This document shows positions 57,418 through 64,000 of a stretch of 64,000 nt of DNA, one piece after another; positions within the stretch are counted from its first letter, which is position 1, and every line of letters begins with the position of its first letter. Below the pieces are notes generated by a model that saw only the letters and a list, made by a program, of their open reading frames with translations, was not told the DNA's origin and ran no database searches. The translations under genes and the position numbers were made by a program. The stretch is from an uncultured Bryobacterales bacterium (lineage in GTDB: Bacteria; Acidobacteriota; Terriglobia; Bryobacterales; UBA6623), in contig CAYWUV010000009.1 of assembly GCA_964461235.1 (NCBI GenBank), positions 21,392-85,391 of the forward strand. Reading direction: 5' to 3'.

Positions 57418-58125
57418 TTACGCCATCAGGGTGCCCGGAGTCTCGCCGCGGGCGATGCTGGACAGCGCGCCGGCGGCCTCCATCGCAAAGACGATGACGG
57501 GCAAGGCGTTGTCCCGGCACATCGCGACAGCGGTCGCGTCCATGACACCAAGCCGCCGGGCGAGCACCTCGTCGTACGATACCGTGCCGTATGCCCGGGC
57601 GTCCGGGTGGATTGCTGGATCCTTGTCGAAAACCCCCGGAACCTTCGTTCCCTTGGCGAGAACGTCCGCACCAACCTCCACGGCCCGTAGCGAGGCGGCT
57701 GTGTCGGTTGTGAAGTAGGGATTTCCCGTGCCCCCCCCAAAGACTGTCGTAACCCCCTGGTCGAGGGCGTCAATCGCGGCGTCACGGCCGTAGGGCTCGA
57801 GCGCCGGCTGCATCCGAATGGCGCTCAGCGCCTTCGACGGGATGCCCCGATTGGCCAAGGCATCCGCCAGCGCCATGGCGTTGATGACTGTGCCGAGCAT
57901 GCCCATGTAGTCCGCGGTGACCCGGCCGATACCGGACGCGGCCATCTCGGACCCGCGCACGAAGTTCCCGGCACCGACCACGATGGCAATCTGGGCACCC
58001 AGATTTCGGGCAGCTCCAATCTCGTCGGCCAGCCAACTGAGCCGGCCGGACTCGATGCCGAAGCCGCCAGCACCGCCGAGCATTTCCCCGGATAGCTTGA
58101 GCAGGATTCGGCGGGGCGGCTGCAT
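57418..58125 (-). CDS. pyrH: UMP kinase
   Basis: 235 aa. RILLKLSGEMLGG, IAIVVGAGNFVRG, TVFGGGTGNPYFTTDTAASLRA. Confidence 0.95.
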   Translation of the reverse strand: MQPPRRILLKLSGEMLGGAGGFGIESGRLSWLADEIGAARNLGAQIAIVVGAGNFVRGSEMAASGIGRVTADYMGMLGTVINAMALADALANRGIPSKALSAIRMQPALEPYGRDAAIDALDQGVTTVFGGGTGNPYFTTDTAASLRAVEVGADVLAKGTKVPGVFDKDPAIHPDARAYGTVSYDEVLARRLGVMDATAVAMCRDNALPVIVFAMEAAGALSSIARGETPGTLMA

Positions 58126-58175
58126 GCGGGGGCTGTCCCAAACATCCTAACCGGATCGCAGCCCCGGCTGGCGGA

Positions 58176-58781
58176 CTAGTCGTCCTCGCCGACCTTGAAA
58201 CGCTGGAATCGGCGAACGGTCATGTTCTCGCCGAGCTTGGCAATCCGCGTCCGGATGAGGTCTCCGACGGTTGTCGAAGGGTCCTTGACGAAAGGCTGGT
58301 CCAGCAGAACGATCTCCTCGTAGAACTTGCCCATCCGGCCATCCACGATCCGATCCACCACGCGCTCGGGCTTTCCTTCTTGCAGGGCCCGTTCCCGCTG
58401 GATCTGGCGTTCTTTCTCGACCCTCTCCGCAGGCACCTGGTCGCGAGTGATGTACTGCGGGTCCGCCGCCGCAATCTGCATGGCAACGTCCTTGACAAGA
58501 TCTTGGAACTGCTCCGTCCGGGCGACGAAGTCCGACTCGCAATTGACTTCCACCAGCACGCCCAGCTTCGCTCCGGCATGGATATAGCTGCCGACCACGC
58601 CTTCGTTCGCGGCCCGCCCGCTCTTTTTCTGCGCAATCGCGACACCTCGCTTGCGCAGTTCGACCTCGGCCGCAGCCATGTCTCCTCCGGCCTCGATCAA
58701 GGCCTTCTTGCACTCCATGAACCCCGCCCCGCTCTTGTCGCGGAGTTCCTTCACCTGCTTCGCGCTAATTGCCGCCATCAC
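58176..58781 (-). CDS. tsf: Elongation factor Ts (short form)
   Basis: 201 aa. ISAKQVKELRDKSGAGFMECKKALIEAGGDM... and the dimerisation/core blocks. Confidence 0.95.
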   Translation of the reverse strand: MMAAISAKQVKELRDKSGAGFMECKKALIEAGGDMAAAEVELRKRGVAIAQKKSGRAANEGVVGSYIHAGAKLGVLVEVNCESDFVARTEQFQDLVKDVAMQIAAADPQYITRDQVPAERVEKERQIQRERALQEGKPERVVDRIVDGRMGKFYEEIVLLDQPFVKDPSTTVGDLIRTRIAKLGENMTVRRFQRFKVGEDD

Positions 58782-58833
58782 ACACCTCGCCTTCTTGAAC
58801 TCCTAACAGAACCCGTGCCCCGTGCGTCGCCGA

Positions 58834-59604
58834 TCACGCTCCGGCCGTCTCGGCCAGAGTGTCTGCGCCGTCCGCTTCGACGTCGCCTTCCTCGCCGGTG
58901 TCCTCCGACTCCGGCGGCGGCATCAACGCACGACCTTCCAGGACTGCGTCGGCGACCTTCTTGGTATACAGCCAGATGGACCGCAGCGCGTCATCGTTGC
59001 CCGGGATCACGTAGTCCACCGCGTCGGGATCGGAGTTGGTGTCGACTACCGCGATGATCGGGATATTGAGCTTGCGAGCCTCTCGGACCGCAATCTCCTC
59101 CTTCCTTGTATCGATGATGAAGATCATGTCCGGCCGTCCGGGCATCTCACGGATGCCGGAAATGTTGGCGTGCAGCGCCTTGCGCTCGCGCTCCAAGCGT
59201 GAGATCTCCTTCTTGCTCCGGCCTTCATACCCCTCTTCGTCAGCCATCCGCTGGAGTTCCTTGAAACGGTCGAGGGACTTTTGCACGGTCACCCAGTTGG
59301 TGAGCAAGCCTCCCAGCCAGCGATGGTTGATGAAGAACATGTCGCAACGCTTGGCCTCCTCGGCCACGGCCTCCTGCGCCTGGCGCTTCGTGCCGACGAA
59401 CAGGATGGCCTTACCGAGACTCGCCTGCTCAGCGATGAACTGCAGCGCTTCCTTGAAGTGCTTGAGGGTCTTCTGGAGATCGATGATGTGAATGTTGTTG
59501 CGTTCGCCGAAGATGAAGTCCTTCATCTTCGGATTCCAGTGCCTGGTCTGGTGCCCGAAATGAACGCCGGCTTCGAGCAGTTCCTTCATTGTGATTTGCG
59601 ACAC
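58834..59604 (-). CDS. rpsB: 30S ribosomal protein S2
   Basis: 256 aa. [57 protein letters not shown]. Confidence 0.97.
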   Translation of the reverse strand: MSQITMKELLEAGVHFGHQTRHWNPKMKDFIFGERNNIHIIDLQKTLKHFKEALQFIAEQASLGKAILFVGTKRQAQEAVAEEAKRCDMFFINHRWLGGLLTNWVTVQKSLDRFKELQRMADEEGYEGRSKKEISRLERERKALHANISGIREMPGRPDMIFIIDTRKEEIAVREARKLNIPIIAVVDTNSDPDAVDYVIPGNDDALRSIWLYTKKVADAVLEGRALMPPPESEDTGEEGDVEADGADTLAETAGA

Positions 59605-59729
59605 TCTTCCTCCGATGCTGGCTGTGCGCAGTTCAGCGGCGACCTAGAATCAGGTCGCCCCGTACAGCCGGGTCCCTCCAAGCAGGATTTGGACACCAGC
59701 CGCTTTCCGTTCAGTCCCGCCCGAGACCG

Positions 59730-60161
59730 CTAGCGCTTCGAATACTGGAAACGCTTTCTCGCGCCGGGCTTGCCGTATTTCTTCCGCTCGTGCTTGCGCG
59801 GGTCCCGGGTAAGGTAGCCGCCCTTCTTCAGGAGCGGACGAAGCTCCGAATTGTAGTTCTGCAGCGCGCGGGCGATGCCGAGCCGCACGGCGTCCGCCTG
59901 GCCGGCCTTGCCGCCTCCATGCACCCGCACAAGCGCATCGAACTTGCCGTCGGTCTCGCTCGCTTTCAGAGGCTGGCGGACCCTGGTCTTCAATGACTCG
60001 GTTGGGAAATACTCCTCCGGCTCCTGATCGTTGATCCGGATCCGGCCCGTCCCGGGTCGCAGGAACACGCGAGCCACGGCCGACTTTCGTCTGCCGGTAC
60101 CAAGATACTGCTGCTGGCTGGTCAACGAATCGATTCCTTCCTGAGCGCCTAGGCCTGCCAC
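59730..60161 (-). CDS. rpsI: 30S ribosomal protein S9
   Basis: 143 aa. [16 protein letters not shown]..., with C-terminal [25 protein letters not shown]. It overlaps the rplM stop by 13 nt. Confidence 0.95.
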   Translation of the reverse strand: MAGLGAQEGIDSLTSQQQYLGTGRRKSAVARVFLRPGTGRIRINDQEPEEYFPTESLKTRVRQPLKASETDGKFDALVRVHGGGKAGQADAVRLGIARALQNYNSELRPLLKKGGYLTRDPRKHERKKYGKPGARKRFQYSKR

Positions 60162-60583
60162 GGCTTCGGCTGCTGGGCCTGGTGCGGATGGTCCGCCCCC
60201 GCGTACACCTTCAGCCGCGTGCGCAGCTGCCGGCCAAGCTTGTTCTTTGGCAGCATGCCCGCGACAGCGCGCTGCACGAGCCGTTCCGGGTGGCTCTCAC
60301 GTACCTGGCGCACGGTTTCCTTCTTCAAGCCTCCCGGATAACCGGAGTGCCTGTAGTAGGCCTTGTCCGTCTCCTTGTTCCCTGTCAGGCAGACCTTGCC
60401 GGCGTTGATGACAATCACGAAGTCCCCGGTCTTGAGGAACGGAGTGAAGTCCGGCTTGTGCTTGCCGCGCAGCAGCGTGGCCGCCTGGGTCGCCAGTCGG
60501 CCGAGGGTCTGCCCGTCCGCGTCCAAAACGTACCAGTCGTGCGCCAACTCGGACGCTTTCGGGACATAAGTGTTGGTCGACAT
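60149..60583 (-). CDS. rplM: 50S ribosomal protein L13
   Basis: The start is taken at [48 protein letters not shown] (complement of 60581-60583). The track ORF has a spurious 108-codon N-terminal extension. Confidence 0.95.
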   Translation of the reverse strand: MSTNTYVPKASELAHDWYVLDADGQTLGRLATQAATLLRGKHKPDFTPFLKTGDFVIVINAGKVCLTGNKETDKAYYRHSGYPGGLKKETVRQVRESHPERLVQRAVAGMLPKNKLGRQLRTRLKVYAGADHPHQAQQPKPWQA

Positions 60584-60731
60584 GGGCATCGGAGATGGGA
60601 GCCGTGGGCGCACCAAACCCACTCGCTCCATAGTAGCACCGGCATTCCACGACCGGTCAATCGCTCCCGCCTCACCACCACCAAACGCCTTGCATTGGAC
60701 GGAACGATGGGGCCGGGCCGTCCGCACTAGA

Positions 60732-62156
60732 ATGGCGAACATGCGCTGGTTCGTCGGGGCGGGCCTGATTGTCGCGGCGCTAGCCGGCTGCTCCGGCTCC
60801 GGGCCCGAGCCTGTCCCGCTGCCGGAAGTGAACCTAAACGGCCTTGCGCCAAGCCTTGCCCAGAGGCTCCGCCCCACGCTGAAGGCACTGGAGGCGGATC
60901 CCTGCAACGCTGCCGCGGCAGGTAGGGCGGGAATGCTGCTGCAAGCATACGAGCAGCACGGCCTGGCCGCTACCTACCTAGCCCGGGCGCAATCGCTCGA
61001 GCCCGACGAGCTTCGGTGGGACTACTACCTTGGAATCTCGCTCGGCAGGCTCGGCCGACATGCCGAAGCAGCCGCCTCGTTCCGCCGGTGCGCCAGGATC
61101 GACGGGGAGTTCCTTCCGGCACGGCAGCGGCTCGCAGGAGCGCTCCTCGATTCGAACGACGTCGAGGCCAGCCTATCGGAGTACCGCACCCTCGCGATGC
61201 AGGCTCCGGAGAACCCGAGGGTCCAGTACGGCCTCGGCCGCGCGGAGGCGGCGGCAAGCAACACGGAATCGGCACGCGACCACCTCCTGAAGGCCGTCGA
61301 TATCGCTCCCGGTTTCGGAGCGGCTCACTATGCACTGGCGCAGGCATTGGCGCAACTCGGCAGGTCGGAGGAGTCCGAGCGGCACCTTGAGGCCTACGAA
61401 AGGAACCGGTACGGCGAACCCGCCCGCGAGGACCGGCTGCTGGCGGCCGTCAGCGCACTCCGCACGTCAGCGGCCGAGTATCTCAGGCAGGGCGTCGAAG
61501 CCCAGGAGCAAGGCCACGTAGAGGCCGCCATTGACCTGCATGTCAAGGCCCTCCAAGAGGATCCCGGGTTGGTCCAGGCTCGTGTGAACCTCGTGATTCT
61601 GTACGGGTCGGCCAGCCAGCTCGAGAAGGCGGAGGAGCAGTACCGCTTGGGCCTAGCCGGGGAAGGAGTTACAGCCGAGCTCCATTACAACTTCGGCGTG
61701 CTGGCTTACCGTGCCGGCCGGCCGGAGGAAGCTCGCGAGGCTTTCCGGCAGGCGCTGGCGCTCAACCCCGACCACGCCCTGGCGAACCACAACCTGGGCC
61801 AGCTGCTCGAGGAGGAGGGACATTTCGACGAGGCATTGGACCGGTATCGACGCGCTATCGCGAACCGTCCGGACCACTCGCTGTCCCACTACAAAATCGG
61901 CATGCTACGGATGCGGCAGCGAAGAGCGGCCGAAGCGGTCGCGGCGTTCCGGGAAGCGGCCAAGGATCGTTCGGACCGTACTCCGACCTACCTGTTTTCC
62001 CTGGCAGCTGCACGGCTGGCAGCGGGCGACCGGGAAGGTGCCGTCACCACGTTCCGGCGAGCCCGAGCGGAGGCGGAGAGGCAGACCCAGCAGAACCTCG
62101 TCGCTAGGATCGACGACGCCCTGCGAACGATGGGGGTCGGACCGGATACACAATAG
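60732..62156 (+). CDS. TPR-repeat lipoprotein
   Basis: ATG at 60732 ([24 protein letters not shown], lipobox LAGC). Many TPR units follow ([61 protein letters not shown], and others). Confidence 0.85.
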   Translation: MANMRWFVGAGLIVAALAGCSGSGPEPVPLPEVNLNGLAPSLAQRLRPTLKALEADPCNAAAAGRAGMLLQAYEQHGLAATYLARAQSLEPDELRWDYYLGISLGRLGRHAEAAASFRRCARIDGEFLPARQRLAGALLDSNDVEASLSEYRTLAMQAPENPRVQYGLGRAEAAASNTESARDHLLKAVDIAPGFGAAHYALAQALAQLGRSEESERHLEAYERNRYGEPAREDRLLAAVSALRTSAAEYLRQGVEAQEQGHVEAAIDLHVKALQEDPGLVQARVNLVILYGSASQLEKAEEQYRLGLAGEGVTAELHYNFGVLAYRAGRPEEAREAFRQALALNPDHALANHNLGQLLEEEGHFDEALDRYRRAIANRPDHSLSHYKIGMLRMRQRRAAEAVAAFREAAKDRSDRTPTYLFSLAAARLAAGDREGAVTTFRRARAEAERQTQQNLVARIDDALRTMGVGPDTQ

Positions 62157-62445
62157 TTGAACCGAAGGCCCCGCGGCCACGATCGATTCGGACACACTTT
62201 CACCACTCACTGCGGTATAGTCGGGGCGCACCGGGTGATCTGGGGGTTCGTCGGGGCAAACTCGGTCAGCCATATTCGGTTTCTTTACCAGAATTGACAA
62301 ATTTGCCACGAACCCTCGGTTGTCTTGTGATATGTTTGTAAAAGAATAGCAAGGGTCCGCGCAGCCGCCGGTGGGATTCAGAAACAGGGGTTCGAACCTA
62401 GGTCTGCGGGGCAACTGCACATCAATTCTCACTCAGAAGGTCCAT

Positions 62446-64000
62446 ATGAAAACCCATTCAGGCAGGCTGGCAGGCCTGGTCGCGGGCGGATTGCTCACGA
62501 TTTTCCTGCTGGCCGCTCCCTCCGCCCAGGCTCAACTGATTCAGGGCGGAGTCGACGGCTTGGTGACCGACACGACCGATGCTGCGATCGTGGGTGCCGA
62601 GGTGACGATCACGAACGAAGCCACGGGGCAGGTCCGGAGTACGACCACCGGAATTGCCGGCAACTACACCTTCCCGACGGTCAACACGGGTATATACTCC
62701 GCCACTATATGATCGGAAGGATTTCAGGCGTCCACCACGACTGGCGTGGTGGTTTCCCAGAACAATGCCACCCGCGTGAACGCCCGGCTGGAAGTCGGCC
62801 AGCTCACCGAGGTCGTGACGGTTGAGGCCACAGCGGCCACACTGCAGACGGACCGTGCCGAGGTAAGGCAGGAAGTCACGGAGAAGACGCTACGGAACGT
62901 TCCCGTCCCATTGGGCCGGAACTACCAGATGCTGTTTGTGACCCTGCCGGGATTCTCGCCGCCGCAGAACGCGCACTCCGTGCCGACCAATCCGAGCCGC
63001 GCCGTGCGGTTCTCAGTCAACGGCACGAGCCGCTCGAACAACAACACCCGCATCGACGGCGCGTCCTCAACGAACATCTGGGTCCCGCACATGACCGGTT
63101 ACAACCCGGCTCTGGAATCGATCGAGACCGTGAACGTCGTGACAAACTCGTTCGACGCGGAGCAGGGGCTGGCGGGAGGGGCCGCGATCAATCTGCAGAT
63201 CAAGTCCGGCACCAACCAAGTGCACGGTTCGGCGTTCGAGTACCACATGAACCAACACCTGAAGGCCTACCCGTATTTCAGCAACCGGGAATCATCGAAG
63301 CCGAAGTACATCAACAACCAGTTCGGCGGCACGATCGGCGGCCCTATCAAGCAGAACAAGTGGTTCTACTTCCTCAGCTACGAGGGCACCTACGAATCCC
63401 AGTTCGTCCAGCGTTTCATCGACATGCCGACGCAGGCGATGCGGTTCGGAGACCTCAGCGGCTCGCCGACCATGATCTACGATCCCCTGACCGGGAACCA
63501 GGACCAATTCGCTTCGGACTACGCACGGGATCGCGAGCCCTTCCCCGGCAATGTCGTCCCCATGTCGCGAATCGACCAAGGCGTGCGAAACACGATTCAC
63601 GACTCGACCTTCCCGAACCCGAACCAGGCAGGGCGCGGTTCGCTGGGCCTGACCCAGAACTACCGGGCCGATGGCTCGACGACATTCTTCCGTGACACGG
63701 TCGATGCCAAGACGAACTTCAACCTGTCGGACAGCACGACCGGTTTCATCCGCTTCAGCTTCCTGGACTACCGCATGTCGAACGGCCAGACCCTAGGCCA
63801 GTTCGGCGGCAACCGCCTGCATCCGACGAACTCGAATCCCGGCACGGGCTTCGGGAACACCTTCTCCGGGAGGATCTCGGTCACGCACGTGGTCTCCCCG
63901 ACCTTCCTGATCGACGGGTACTACGGCTACACGCTGGCCGACACGAACGTCGAACAGCAGCGGCTGGACGAGAACTTGGGATGGTCGGTCCTGGGCATCC
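62446..64000 (+). pseudogene. TonB-dependent receptor (carboxypeptidase-regulatory-like N-domain + plug/barrel) with one in-frame TGA at 62710-62712; 3' end beyond window
   Basis: The ATG at 62446 follows GAAGG. Signal MKTHSGRLAGLVAGGLLTIFLLAAPSAQA, then a CarboxypepD_reg-like domain (GGVDGLVTDTTDAAIVGAEVTITNEATGQVRSTTTGIAGNYTFPTVNTGIYSATI). After the TGA the same frame stays open for about 429 codons to the window edge and is not in the ORF track. It continues the same family: SEGFQASTTTGVVVSQNNATRVNARLEVGQLTEVVTVEA..., RFSVNGTSRSNNNTRIDGAS, NVVTNSFDAEQG, NLQIKSGTNQVHGSAFEY. Whether the stop is real, a sequencing error, or read through is unknown. Confidence 0.7.
62732..62752 (+). other. Perfect 8-bp hairpin 19 nt downstream of the in-frame TGA
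   Basis: CCACCACG (62732-62739), loop ACTGG (62740-62744), CGTGGTGG (62745-62752). It encodes TTTGVVV. Confidence 0.8.

Noticed and set aside
59637-59658. Hairpin GGCGACC-N8-GGTCGCC between rpsI and rpsB as an intrinsic terminator.
   Set aside because: No U-tract follows it on either strand. It may be a processing or regulatory stem, but it cannot be called a terminator from sequence alone.
62380-62410. tRNA-like T-loop strings (GGGGTTCGAACC at about 62386-62397; also GGTTCGAATTCC at about 9227-9238).
   Set aside because: The flanking bases cannot form a T-stem, an acceptor stem or an anticodon arm. The second string lies inside the lactonase coding region.
62320-62445. Possible cobalamin riboswitch upstream of the TonB-dependent receptor (strings AATAG, CGCGCAGC, CCGGTGGGATTC, GCAACTG).
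   Set aside because: The order and spacing of the elements do not match the cobalamin riboswitch core as I recall it, and no proper GCCACTG box is present. This receptor family is not BtuB-like. An Infernal scan is needed to be certain.
62710-62712. Genome-wide reassignment of TGA (to Trp or Gly) as the explanation for the in-frame stop.
   Set aside because: TGA clearly terminates other well-defined genes in the window, each at the expected protein C-terminus: nusA at 11616-11618, the DUF1592 protein at 4097-4099, and the ABC permease at 16856-16858.

Overview
Annotation is by eye from the supplied six-frame ORFs and my own translation of unlisted frames. No searches were run, so every family name is pattern recognition and should be confirmed by HMM or BLAST.

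The window is a high-GC bacterial chromosomal segment, densely coded on both strands, with about 55 genes. It has no rRNA, tRNA, CRISPR array, transposase or integrase that I can support. The gene content suggests an Acidobacteriota-like (or Planctomycetota-like) soil bacterium. This rests on a DUF1592/DUF1552 pair, many Tat-exported sulfatases, a ThuA-like gene, xylose-isomerase-like TIM barrels, and a TonB-dependent receptor with a carboxypeptidase-regulatory-like N-terminus. The taxon call is inference.

Housekeeping blocks:
- rimP-nusA-infB-DUF503 (9.4-15.1 kb, + strand)
- rho plus a YbgC-like thioesterase (33.6-35.3 kb, - strand)
- rplM-rpsI, rpsB-tsf-pyrH-frr-thiE and alaS (53.3-60.6 kb, - strand)

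Accessory blocks:
- a DUF1592/DUF1552/ankyrin operon
- a glucuronokinase-like GHMP kinase next to an SMP-30 lactonase
- two ABC systems
- a sulfatase-rich exported-enzyme locus (18-29 kb)
- a low-GC islet carrying a class-II Fic gene (30.3-32.3 kb)
- a frameshifted Schlafen/AlbA_2-type gene (35.6-37.3 kb)
- a PhyH-symporter-dehydrogenase operon
- a metallophosphoesterase/ceramidase-like pair

Most noteworthy sequence-level observations:
1. A near-consensus sigma70 promoter is followed about 30 nt later by a textbook intrinsic terminator with a T9 tract, all inside the short rimP-nusA-infB leader. This is a candidate NusA autoregulatory attenuator.
2. The conserved IF2 N-terminal domain of infB is encoded upstream of the first ATG/GTG/TTG. 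This implies initiation at a non-canonical codon, probably ATT at 11605 with a well-spaced GGAG, overlapping the nusA stop.
3. A TonB-dependent receptor gene (not in the ORF track beyond codon 88) carries a single in-frame TGA, followed 19 nt later by a perfect 8-bp hairpin.
4. A sulfatase-fold protein has Thr in place of the formylglycine-precursor Cys/Ser.
5. Two low-GC accessory patches (Fic; disrupted AlbA_2/HATPase_c_4 with an unusual C-terminal extension) bracket the rho locus.

I did not find a clear, self-contained new multi-gene system. The best candidates are listed with modest scores.
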